Source: Candidatus Saccharimonadota bacterium (GTDB taxonomy: Bacteria > Patescibacteriota > Saccharimonadia > Saccharimonadales > Saccharimonadaceae). From it: a stretch of 32,000 bases of DNA. Positions 1 through 7,870 of this stretch are shown piece by piece (position 1 is the stretch's first letter; the number at the start of each line of letters is the position of its first letter). The stretch spans positions 780,001 to 812,000 of the forward strand of contig CP060232.1 of the NCBI GenBank assembly GCA_023898645.1, written 5' to 3'. The notes beneath the pieces are model-generated. The model saw only the letters and a list, made by a program, of their open reading frames with translations. It ran no database searches and was not told the DNA's origin. The position numbers and the translations under genes are program-made.

Positions 1-497
1 TTTGGATGAACGGTCAATTTATCCGTCAACTATCACTTGATGATTTGTGGAACCGTGTTACTGAATTCTGGTCACCTGAGGCAAGCGGTGCGGACGAAGC
101 ATACAAGCGTCGCGTACTCGCCCTGGCGCAGGACCGCCTGAAAACTTTGTGCGACCTGCCGACATTAACCAGCTATTTCTTTACCGAACCAACACCCGAC
201 TGGACTATGATCGAAGGCAATAAACAACTTGCCAAGTTTGAACGACAACGACTCGTAGAACTGTTAGGGCAGGCTAAAGTAGCGCTAGAATCGTCTGACT
301 TTTCCGCCGACGCACTACAACAAACGCTTAATAATCTACTCGAACAAACTGGCGAAAAACCTGGCACGTTGTTTAGCCTTATTCGCTTTGCCATCACCTG
401 GGCGCCATTTAGCCCAGCGCTACCTGAAACTATGGAAGTTTTGGGAAGAGACAAGACTCTTAGCCGCTTGCAAGCTGCTATTAATAACGCAAACTAA
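1..497 (+). CDS. gltX: glutamyl-tRNA synthetase, C-terminal fragment (5' end outside window)
   Basis: The frame is open from the window edge to the stop at 495-497. The tail ...GTLFSLIRFAITWAPFSPALPETMEVLGRDKTLSRL resembles the conserved C-terminal anticodon-binding tail of bacterial GluRS. A hairpin terminator follows. Confidence 0.7.
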   Translation, partial: WMNGQFIRQLSLDDLWNRVTEFWSPEASGADEAYKRRVLALAQDRLKTLCDLPTLTSYFFTEPTPDWTMIEGNKQLAKFERQRLVELLGQAKVALESSDFSADALQQTLNNLLEQTGEKPGTLFSLIRFAITWAPFSPALPETMEVLGRDKTLSRLQAAINNAN

Positions 498-503
498 CAA
501 TTT

Positions 504-540
504 GTTCTTTCTCTGCCGATACGAGAAAGAACGACTTTTG
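504..540 (+). terminator. intrinsic terminator after gltX
   Basis: 10-bp stem gttctttctc / gagaaagaac (504-513, 523-532) followed by gactttt. Two further hairpins follow at about 541-562 and 572-593. Confidence 0.55.
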
Positions 541-628
541 GTACTTTGGGGCACCAAAGTACATTAAGCTTGGTTCTTGGAATCGCAAGAACAAAAGATG
601 GCTCTATCTGTTACAATAAGCATAAGCT

Positions 629-1732
629 ATGCATGCATTACATAGGTCAATTATGGATCGTATCCATAAATGGATGGGCAAGCACCACGCAGCAACCATA
701 GCAATTGCTGTTTGTGGCCTATTGCTCGCAACCGCAATGGCGGTCTTTGCAGTGCTGTATCAATCTCCCAAGCAAGTCGCCGCTCCAAACGCCAATCCTA
801 CACCTACACCCACGGCTACGCCCGCACCTATCTATTACTCGCCGCTGACCGGTGAAAAGGTGCCAGACCAAGCGTCGACACAACAAGTAGTTACCGGCGT
901 TATGATCGAAAACAGCCTTAACGCGCGACCACAGTCCGGCCTCCAGCAAGCAGGCGTTGTCTTTGAAGCCATCGCCGAAGGCGGCATTACGCGCTTCTTG
1001 GCTTTGTACCAGCAAGAAAAGCCGCAGATGATCGGACCCGTTCGCAGTTTACGCCTATATGACATCGACTGGTTTGCGCCGTTTCAAGCATCCATTGCAC
1101 ACGTTGGCGGCAGCTTATATGCGCTTCGCGAGGTCAGAAACGGCAGCTACCGCGACATCGACCAATTCTTCAACAGCGCATACTACTGGCGCTCAACCGA
1201 CCGCTGGGCACCACACAACGTCTACACTAGTTTCGCCAAACTAGATCAACTCAACAGCAGGCGAGGGTACTCCACGTCCACCTTTACGGCCTGGCCACGC
1301 CAAGACGGTAAACCTGCTAGTAAAATCGACGCAAACAGTGTAGACGTTACCATCAGCGGGCCGCTCTACAACAGCCACTACGCTTACGACAAGACGACTA
1401 ATTCATACGTCCGTTACCAAAACGGAGCACCGCACCTAGACCGCGAAAAGGGCAAAATCAAGCCGGCAGTCGTCATTGTCATGGACGTACAGGAACAAAC
1501 GGTGCTGCAAGACGGATATCGCGAACAAATCACGACAAAAGGCATTGGCAAAGCGCATATATTTCAAAATGGCACCGAAACTGAAGCATATTGGCACAAA
1601 AAAGACCGTGGTAGCCAAATTCGATTCACCGATGCGTCAGGCAAGGACATTCCGCTCAATCGCGGACAAACGTGGATTTCTGCAGTACCAGCAAATGAAG
1701 GGGGAGGAGTGACATGGAAACTCACGAAGTAA
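629..1732 (+). CDS. DUF3048-domain protein (YerB-like), N-terminal membrane anchor
   Basis: N-terminal TM helix and Pro/Thr linker. The block VTGVMIENSLNARPQSGLQQAGVVFEAIAEGGITRFLALYQ is typical of DUF3048. The exact start is uncertain (ATG at 629 or 653). Confidence 0.7.
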   Translation: MHALHRSIMDRIHKWMGKHHAATIAIAVCGLLLATAMAVFAVLYQSPKQVAAPNANPTPTPTATPAPIYYSPLTGEKVPDQASTQQVVTGVMIENSLNARPQSGLQQAGVVFEAIAEGGITRFLALYQQEKPQMIGPVRSLRLYDIDWFAPFQASIAHVGGSLYALREVRNGSYRDIDQFFNSAYYWRSTDRWAPHNVYTSFAKLDQLNSRRGYSTSTFTAWPRQDGKPASKIDANSVDVTISGPLYNSHYAYDKTTNSYVRYQNGAPHLDREKGKIKPAVVIVMDVQEQTVLQDGYREQITTKGIGKAHIFQNGTETEAYWHKKDRGSQIRFTDASGKDIPLNRGQTWISAVPANEGGGVTWKLTK

Positions 1733-3261
1733 AACCCGACCCTATAAATAAACCTCTTATGCGTGACTATTGGCCAAAGTATCGCAACCGAGCATATATT
1801 ATCATCACAGCCGCTCAATCGAGCGCCATATTGGTGATTATGCTGACCTTACAGCTGACAGGTGCCATGCATCTTAATTTTTATTGGTTCTTTGCAGCTG
1901 CGCTCCTGTCGTCAATTCTCATGAACTCAGCAACACTATTATTGGCTATCGTGCTCGGGGCACCGTTCCGCGACCTCGTCTATGCAATTGTGCTTGCGGC
2001 AGGCGAACCCTCCGCCGAGACGCCGCCCAATCCTAACAAGTACGAGTACGACAACGACGGCTTCAGAGAAATCCTTCAAACCGTCTACGAGATGGCGTCA
2101 CAAGAGGACGCACCCGTTAAACCTGTCGAAACCGTCGACACTTTCATCAAGGACGGCCTAGACAGCACTTCAACCGGCATCGTCATTTTAAACAGCGACC
2201 GTGAGGTTGTGTATCACAACCGTCACGCGCCTGTGCGTGTCGACACGAAAGAGCGCGACGTTCTTGATTTAATCTTTCCTGACCACGACTCGCTAACCGA
2301 CTGGTTAGACAATGAAACTAAAAACAAACTTACGGCAGAACGCACCTGGACCCGTGTGTCCGACAAGTTACCCGGCGAAAAAGGCCGACGTATTTTCGAC
2401 TTAGTCGTAAGCTATCACAAGGACAACGCCGCCGAAACGGTGCTCACAATGTTCGAACGAACCAAAGAGTATATGCCCGAAGAAGATGACCTCGACTTTA
2501 TATCGTTCGCTGCACACGAGTTGCGCGGGCCAATCACGGTCATACGTGGCTACCTAGACGTCATAAATGAAGAGCTAGGCCCCAAAATGGAAGACGATCA
2601 AGAAGAACTAATGCAGCGCCTCATTGTCGCCTCTAACCGGCTAACAAGCTACATAAACAACATTCTGAATGCCTCGCGCTATGACCGACGCCACCTTAAG
2701 CTACATCTAACCGAAGAATCCGTTCGTCATATCTACGATTTGATTTCCGACGACATGCAAATGCGCGCCTCGGCGCAAAACCGCATACTAGTCACGGATC
2801 TTCCGGAATCATTGCCCACGGTCGCGGCTGACGCTAACGCAATTGGTGAAGTTCTCGGCAATTTGATCGACAACGCCATCAAATACAGCAACGAAGGAAG
2901 CCTCGTCCACGTCACCGCTCATGCCATACCAGGATTCATAGAAATATCCGTCATCGACCGTGGCATCGGTATGCCGTCAAACGTCATACAAAACCTCTTT
3001 CATAAATTCTATCGCTCGCATCGTAGTCGCGAGACCGTCGCAGGTACAGGAATCGGTCTGTATATCTGCCGTGCAATCGTGTCTTCACACGGCGGCACCA
3101 TTACGGCACGTAGCGTCGAGAACGAAGGTGCCACCTTTACCTTTACGCTGCCGATTTACGACACCGTTGCAGATAAAATTAAGTCCGAAGCAAACAACAA
3201 CAAAATATTAATCGATAAAGGCGGTGGCTGGATTAAAAATCACTCTATGTACAGAAACTAG
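1714..3261 (+). CDS. membrane sensor histidine kinase (HisKA + HATPase_c)
   Basis: GGAGGAG RBS before the ATG. N-terminal TM helices, H-box FISFAAHELRGPITVIRGY, N-box NLIDNAIKYS and G-boxes DRGIGM / GTGIGLYICRAIVSSHGG. Overlaps the upstream gene by 19 nt. Confidence 0.88.
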   Translation: METHEVKPDPINKPLMRDYWPKYRNRAYIIITAAQSSAILVIMLTLQLTGAMHLNFYWFFAAALLSSILMNSATLLLAIVLGAPFRDLVYAIVLAAGEPSAETPPNPNKYEYDNDGFREILQTVYEMASQEDAPVKPVETVDTFIKDGLDSTSTGIVILNSDREVVYHNRHAPVRVDTKERDVLDLIFPDHDSLTDWLDNETKNKLTAERTWTRVSDKLPGEKGRRIFDLVVSYHKDNAAETVLTMFERTKEYMPEEDDLDFISFAAHELRGPITVIRGYLDVINEELGPKMEDDQEELMQRLIVASNRLTSYINNILNASRYDRRHLKLHLTEESVRHIYDLISDDMQMRASAQNRILVTDLPESLPTVAADANAIGEVLGNLIDNAIKYSNEGSLVHVTAHAIPGFIEISVIDRGIGMPSNVIQNLFHKFYRSHRSRETVAGTGIGLYICRAIVSSHGGTITARSVENEGATFTFTLPIYDTVADKIKSEANNNKILIDKGGGWIKNHSMYRN

Positions 3262-3303
3262 CTGCTAACTCTATAGATAAAATATGCAATTTATATTAGG
3301 ATA

Positions 3304-3684
3304 ATGACAATGGCAATTAAGAAAATTCTCGTAATCGAAGATGACCGATTCATCGGTGAGATGTACGTCCGCAGTCTCAAAAAGGCTGGCTATGAAGTTG
3401 ACTGGATGGTCGGTGGTAATGATGGCCTGATAGCCGCGCGGAACAAACCATATGACCTCATCTTACTTGACGTCATGCTCCCAGAGCGTCGCGGCAATGA
3501 AATCCTAGAATCTCTCAGGGGCAAAGAGAACCTGATTCCAGATACCAAGATTATCGTCCTCACTAACTTCGAACAAGACGAAGAATCACGTACCGCTATG
3601 GAGCAGAATGCCGACGGTTATCTCATTAAAGCCGAAATCACTCCGCGCAAGCTTCTCGATGTTATCGCAAATCTAGAAAAATAA
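3304..3684 (+). CDS. single-domain response regulator (CheY-like receiver, no output domain)
   Basis: KILVIEDD...DLILLDVMLP...LTN...K receiver motifs. An alternative ATG at 3310 has better SD spacing. Confidence 0.88.
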   Translation: MTMAIKKILVIEDDRFIGEMYVRSLKKAGYEVDWMVGGNDGLIAARNKPYDLILLDVMLPERRGNEILESLRGKENLIPDTKIIVLTNFEQDEESRTAMEQNADGYLIKAEITPRKLLDVIANLEK

Positions 3685-3728
3685 CCCCTCTTTTCAAGTG
3701 CGCTTATAGCGCTCCTTACTAAGAGGGG
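3685..3728. terminator. nested hairpin terminator shared by convergent genes
   Basis: cccctctt (3685-3692) pairs with aagagggg (3721-3728), with an inner GCGCT-TAT-AGCGC hairpin. On the minus strand it is followed by ttatttttct. It contains the stop codon of the 3719-4387 gene. Confidence 0.55.
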
Positions 3729-4387
3729 GGTCCCCAGTGAATGTCGACGTGGTTACGTTCGGACAAACTGGCTTTCTGGAGGACGTACTGGCCGTACCGA
3801 GAATGCTGTGCGCAAAATGACCGCAACGGCAGTAAAGCATCACTATGCACGTGCTCTTTAGACATGGCGCATAGATATTTCGCCTTGGCGCCACAAGCAG
3901 CACAACAGTCATCAAAAAACACGTCCGCCACACGCTGGTCTGAAGCCCTATAACCCCACTTGTCCCAGCCCTTGCCAGCGTCAAGCGTGCCTTCTATGAC
4001 ATCGCCATGCATGCCGACTCGCAGCAGAACCATGCTTCTGAGCCAACCGTACCTCGGCATAGTCCCAATGCTCTGCATGTTTCTAATGTCAGATTCATGA
4101 TACATACCGATGTACCGCATCGCCAAGTCATCATTGTCCCATGCGTTAAAACCACATCGACAGAGATTTCCAGGCACTTTATGTTTAGGCCGATGACCGA
4201 AACATACAGCCTTGTCATTCACGCCATATATTCCAGCATTTACGATCAGTGGCTTAAATCTCAAAGTTCTGAGATCCGGCGCCACCGAGGCATATGCACC
4301 CTTCCAGCCTATGACCCAATTCGTCGAAACGCCATCCACGACATGGATTTTACTTCCGTCCGCAGCGCGCGAATATGCATCACCCAA
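3719..4387 (-). CDS. Cys/His-rich hypothetical protein, tandem paralog 1 (unrecognised family)
   Basis: 222-aa ORF with a TTG start 5 nt after AGGAG. Aligns end to end with the 4497-5132 product. Confidence 0.7.
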   Translation of the reverse strand: MGDAYSRAADGSKIHVVDGVSTNWVIGWKGAYASVAPDLRTLRFKPLIVNAGIYGVNDKAVCFGHRPKHKVPGNLCRCGFNAWDNDDLAMRYIGMYHESDIRNMQSIGTMPRYGWLRSMVLLRVGMHGDVIEGTLDAGKGWDKWGYRASDQRVADVFFDDCCAACGAKAKYLCAMSKEHVHSDALLPLRSFCAQHSRYGQYVLQKASLSERNHVDIHWGPPS

Positions 4388-4423
4388 CGTTACTCCTAAG
4401 GTTCAATCCACCTGGACGTTATT

Positions 4424-4452
4424 ACTATGATTTGCCTGCGGAAACTTGTCAA
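4424..4452 (-). promoter_or_regulatory. putative sigma70-type promoter of paralog 1
   Basis: On the minus strand, TTGACA (4447-4452), a 17-nt spacer, then CATAGT (4424-4429), upstream of the conserved leader GGATTGAACCTTAGGAGTAACG. Confidence 0.4.
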
Positions 4453-4465
4453 CGCCAAAGAAAAT

Positions 4466-4508
4466 CCCTCCTTTTGAGAACGCTTTATAGCATTCTCTAC
4501 TCAGAGGG
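4466..4508 (-). terminator. nested hairpin terminator of paralog 2
   Basis: Homologous to the 3685-3728 hairpin (ccctc...gaggg with an inner gagaa...ttctc). On the minus strand it is followed by attttctttgg. Contains the TAG stop. Confidence 0.5.
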
Positions 4509-5132
4509 TAGTTCCCGGTATATTCCGATGTCGTTATGCCGCGACAATGCCGGGAGTTGCAGGATGTAGTGCCCATATGCGGCGTGCTTCGCACAGAATG
4601 TCGCGAGTGGATATAGTTCCTCGTCGTTTATTCTCGTTTTTGCCGTAGCGCAAACATATCGAGCCTTTGCGTTACAAGCGGCACACTTACCATCAAAGAA
4701 TACGTCTGAAACCAGCTGCCTTGAAGCCCTGAAGCCCCATTTTTCCCAGCCAGTTCCAGCATCGAGCGTACCCTCGACCACCTCGTCGTACATGCCAACC
4801 CGCAATAATGCAAGGCTTAGCCGAAAAACACTTCGCGGGTAGTAGCGAAAGGCATAGCCAACGCGCATTGCTTGATGAAATTTCATATAACTCACGGCTG
4901 TGTCGTATTCATTCCATGAGTTAAACCCACACTTGCATGAATCATGCGGTGCCGTGTGTATGTCTCCAAACATACGACACGATGCGAGTGCGTCAACGCC
5001 GTACGCAGAGCTACTTATTGCAGCAGGACTAAACCTTAGCGTACGTAAATCAGAAGCCAAGGCTACGTTGGCAGTTTTCCAGCCGATTATCCAATCAGTG
5101 GAAACGCCTCCAACGACATGCAATTCACTCAT
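4497..5132 (-). CDS. Cys/His-rich hypothetical protein, tandem paralog 2
   Basis: 211-aa ORF paralogous to 3719-4387. Its ATG overlaps the TAA of a small upstream ORF (TAATG). Confidence 0.7.
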   Translation of the reverse strand: MSELHVVGGVSTDWIIGWKTANVALASDLRTLRFSPAAISSSAYGVDALASCRMFGDIHTAPHDSCKCGFNSWNEYDTAVSYMKFHQAMRVGYAFRYYPRSVFRLSLALLRVGMYDEVVEGTLDAGTGWEKWGFRASRQLVSDVFFDGKCAACNAKARYVCATAKTRINDEELYPLATFCAKHAAYGHYILQLPALSRHNDIGIYRELPSE

Positions 5133-5263
5133 TATGCGGGAGTCTTTTCAGGCTCTTTGGCGGGTGTAGCAGGGGCGGGAGCGGGCGATGGTGTCGGTAC
5201 GTGCTTCGGTATGGGCTTATTCGGCTGCACATGACGTCTGCGTATCGGGTTTTCAATCCCCAT
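5132..5263 (-). CDS. possible 43-codon Pro-rich leader ORF coupled to paralog 2
   Basis: ATG 4 nt after AGGAGA within the conserved leader. Product is MGIENPIRRRHVQPNKPIPKHVPTPSPAPAPATPAKEPEKTPA. Its stop overlaps the downstream ATG. Too short for the ORF track. Confidence 0.35.
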   Translation of the reverse strand: MGIENPIRRRHVQPNKPIPKHVPTPSPAPAPATPAKEPEKTPA

Positions 5264-5304
5264 TGTTTCTCCTAAGGTGCAATCCGTGACGGATAGTGGG
5301 CCGA

Positions 5305-5333
5305 ATTATAGCCTAGTCCCATCCTTGTTTCAA
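5305..5333 (-). promoter_or_regulatory. putative sigma70-type promoter of the paralog 2 unit
   Basis: On the minus strand, TTGAAA (5328-5333), a 17-nt spacer, then TATAAT (5305-5310). Confidence 0.45.
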
Positions 5334-5398
5334 CTCACTGCATCTGGACAACCTCTGTTAATTTTGGTAAAGTAGGCTGGACGCAATCCGAATTATGC

Positions 5399-5432
5399 GG
5401 CCTTATATGAATCCTTCGGACCATATAAGACC
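5399..5432 (+). other. tRNA-Glu acceptor-stem-like minihelix (decayed tRNA copy or recombination scar)
   Basis: GGCCTTATATG-aatccTTCGgac-CATATAAGACC. The outer 7 bp mimic the acceptor stem of the adjacent tRNA-Glu. It is preceded by the same atgc context as the tRNA. Confidence 0.4.
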
Positions 5433-5496
5433 TAGCATTCCTCGGAAGAGCGCAAAAATGAGCAAGCTAATTTTTGCCGCTCATCGCTCGAAATGC

Positions 5497-5571
5497 GGCC
5501 TTATCGTCTAACGGTTAGGACATCAGGTTCTCATCCTGGCAATCCGGGTTCGATTCCCGGTAAGGTCACCA
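5497..5571 (+). tRNA. tRNA-Glu (anticodon CUC), CCA encoded
   Basis: Manual cloverleaf: acceptor GGCCTTA/TAAGGTC (one G-U pair), D arm GTCT-AACGGTT-AGGAC as in bacterial tRNA-Glu, anticodon arm TCAGG-TTCTCAT-CCTGG, T arm CCGGG-TTCGATT-CCCGG, discriminator A, then CCA. Confidence 0.9.
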
Positions 5572-7144
5572 AATCGGAACTAAAACGGAAACGGTCGCCC
5601 TGTCGGGCGGCTTTTTCGGTGGCGGCGCGGAGCGCCTGCCAGCGGTTTTTCAGGGGGGGGATAAGAAATTGGTCGTCATTTATGACGACTTCTTTTTGTC
5701 GCATTTGTAGGTTCGACCCGAAGATTTCGAGTAAGAGCGACTTTTTCGCTAGTAAGTCATCACTTTTTGCAATTTTACAGATAGAAACGGCAGTTTCTAT
5801 CCATTGTTTCATCGGTTCGACCCACGTCGAAACGCCAAGTGCCGTTTGCTCGATTTGCTCCTGCAAAAGTTTCTTTTCGCCCAGTATTTCGGCTCGCTTG
5901 GCTTGGTATAGTTCGCGCTCCACGTCGCCGTCTAGGTAACTATCAAGCAGACGCTGCAACTTTTCGGACAGCTGCGCGATACTAGCTTGCAAGGCTTTAG
6001 TTACGGTCGCATATTGGGTCTGCTCTTTGGCTTCGTCCTCACGTATCAGGTCGCGCAGCTTGTCCGCCCACGCGGTGGGCATAGCGTAGCTCTGTAGTAA
6101 TACAGACACTTGCTTGTCCAGCTCCTCGGCTCTGATGTGCGGCTCTCGGCAAGCTACTGTTTTGCTCTTGCGAGTACAGCGGTAGTAGGTATAGACATGT
6201 ACATTACCGTTTTTCTGCCGCTTTATGCGTGTTTCTGCGGTAAACATCATACCGCACGAGCAATACACCGAGCCGCACAGTGGCTGGGGGTTGTTGGCTT
6301 TTCTGGTTGGTTTGCCGCGCTGGTGTAAGACAGCTTGCACCTTGTCGAATAGCCGTTTTGAGATAATACCCGTATGCTTGCCCTCATGGACTTCGCCAAG
6401 ATACAGAAAATGTCCATAGTAAAACGGATTTGATAGCATACGCGTTACGCGAGTGCGCGAGTGGGGTTTGCCTCCTGTGGTCTTTTTGCCACGTATCATG
6501 CCTTGTTTTGTTTGTATGCCATTGGCATACAGAAAGTCGGCGATTTCGTCTAATCGTTTATCACCGCGAGCATACAGCTCGAACGCCCCCTGCACGATCG
6601 GCGCAGTCTTGCGGTCAATCTTTATGGTTTTTGTTCGCAGGTCGTTATAGTAACCGAGCGGTGCGCCTCGTGGGTAGCGTCCGTCGCGTACCATTTGCCG
6701 CAAGCCTCGTTTGGTATTGAGCGATAGGTTATCGACATACTGTTTAGAGGCGTTAAACTCATTGGCAAGCATATATTTGCCTTGTGGCGTGTTCTCGAAC
6801 CAAAAGTGCGGAAACTTTAAGTCAATCAGCACATACTCATCGAGCATGTAAATAATCTTGCCGCTATCTATACTATTACGAGAAAGTCGGTCAGGCATCC
6901 ACGCTAAAATCCCGTTAGCCTCGCCAGCCTCTATGCGTTCTAGCATTTTGTTAAACTTCGGACGCCCTGGCTTTTTCGCTGTTTGTTTTTCTATAACCGT
7001 CTCGATAATATGTACGTCCATACGATCAGCAAACTCTTTGAGTTCGGTAATCTGCGCCGCAATGGACAATACCTGTTTATCTTCTACGTCCGTACTCTTG
7101 CGGACATACAAAAAATATATAAGTTTTTGCGCGATAGGTAACAT
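5531..7144 (-). CDS. large serine recombinase (resolvase/invertase N-domain + recombinase domain + zinc ribbon + coiled coil)
   Basis: The ATG at 7144 lies 5 nt after GGAGGG; the track start at 7201 has no RBS. N-terminal YVRKSTDVEDKQ...PDRLSRN catalytic domain, a Cys-rich CGSVYCSCG...YYRCTRK ribbon and a long helical C-terminus. The 3' end reads through repeat A1 and stops inside the tRNA-Glu anticodon loop. Confidence 0.9.
   Translation of the reverse strand: MLPIAQKLIYFLYVRKSTDVEDKQVLSIAAQITELKEFADRMDVHIIETVIEKQTAKKPGRPKFNKMLERIEAGEANGILAWMPDRLSRNSIDSGKIIYMLDEYVLIDLKFPHFWFENTPQGKYMLANEFNASKQYVDNLSLNTKRGLRQMVRDGRYPRGAPLGYYNDLRTKTIKIDRKTAPIVQGAFELYARGDKRLDEIADFLYANGIQTKQGMIRGKKTTGGKPHSRTRVTRMLSNPFYYGHFLYLGEVHEGKHTGIISKRLFDKVQAVLHQRGKPTRKANNPQPLCGSVYCSCGMMFTAETRIKRQKNGNVHVYTYYRCTRKSKTVACREPHIRAEELDKQVSVLLQSYAMPTAWADKLRDLIREDEAKEQTQYATVTKALQASIAQLSEKLQRLLDSYLDGDVERELYQAKRAEILGEKKLLQEQIEQTALGVSTWVEPMKQWIETAVSICKIAKSDDLLAKKSLLLEIFGSNLQMRQKEVVINDDQFLIPPLKNRWQALRAATEKAARQGDRFRFSSDLVTLPGIEPGLPG
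5567..5699 (+). repeat. inverted repeat A, left copy (A1)
   Basis: 5567-5651 is identical to the reverse complement of 7360-7444. The outer 48 bp are diverged, with a substituted hairpin but conserved flanks. Confidence 0.9.
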
Positions 7145-7177
7145 ACAACCCTCCCAACTTAAAAGGCTACTCCGCTT

Positions 7178-7276
7178 GGAAAACAATTCAGCATACGCCA
7201 AATAGTTGCGAAGTAGCCGTTTAAGCCTACAAAAATAGCATATGCCTTGAATTGTTTTCCATTTATCAGTATACCA
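7178..7276 (-). promoter_or_regulatory. recombinase promoter and leader inverted repeat
   Basis: Minus-strand extended -10 TGgTATACT (7268-7276). A 13-bp perfect inverted repeat ggaaaacaattca / tgaattgttttcc (7178-7190, 7248-7260) lies between the -10 and the RBS. Confidence 0.4.
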
Positions 7277-7312
7277 CGCTACGGACGCGGAGCGTGTCGG
7301 CTATGCCGACTA

Positions 7313-7444
7313 ACAAAAAGAACCATGCCGTAGGCATGGCAATTTCTTACCTCCCCCCAGAAAAACCGCTGGCAGGCGCTCCGCGCCGCCACCGAAAAAG
7401 CCGCCCGACAGGGCGACCGTTTCCGTTTTAGTTCCGATTTGGTG
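7313..7444 (-). repeat. inverted repeat A, right copy (A2)
   Basis: Reverse complement of A1. Shares the 6-bp core ttggtg (7439-7444) with B1. Confidence 0.9.
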
Positions 7445-7613
7445 CGATTTTACGCCGAAGTCCGAACCGATTTCCGAGAAAATCCCTAAGCTCAGCCCCG
7501 ACGCCTGCGGGCGCACGCGCCCGCTCGCCCCACCAGAAAAACCCTTTGCCTATTTTTTTATTTTTCCCCGCCGAATTTCTTTTTTGAAACTGAAAAGGGT
7601 GTTTTCTGGTGGT
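7439..7613 (+). repeat. inverted repeat B, left copy (B1)
   Basis: 175 bp whose reverse complement matches 11013-11187 at every position I compared. Confidence 0.9.
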
Positions 7614-7870
7614 GGCGATTATCTGCATCTATTGCCTAGCAAAAATACGGTGTAAATAGTACAATCATGACAAGCATTTATGCTAGACCTAAACCAAACG
7701 CAAGTTTGGCATGGTCGTCAAATCAACAAAGAGAAACAGCTCGTCATGAGTACTTCTCTTTGTTGTCATTGCTGGAAACGGCAGTGGGTAGCTCTCGGGC
7801 TGCCGCTCGTGGCGGGCTTTTTGGTTCGCTACATCCATTCAACAAAGTATAGCAATAGGAGACCAGCGAC

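Noticed and set aside
5493-5939. 148-aa + strand ORF starting inside the tRNA-Glu gene
   Set aside because: It overlaps the tRNA and runs antisense to the recombinase gene through the repeat. It has no RBS and a low-complexity composition, so it is a by-product of the opposite-strand gene.
7428-7628. 66-aa very basic ORF (MQIIATTRKHPFQFQKRNSAGKNKK...) lying inside repeat B1, with a second copy of the frame inside the 163-aa ORF at 10803-11294. I considered it as a possible small DNA-binding or directionality factor.
   Set aside because: There is no convincing RBS or start in either copy. The frame is defined by the repeat itself, and the B2 copy is open only by overlap with the collagen-like gene. 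The composition follows the A-runs and GC hairpins of the repeat. It should be revisited only if ribosome profiling shows translation.
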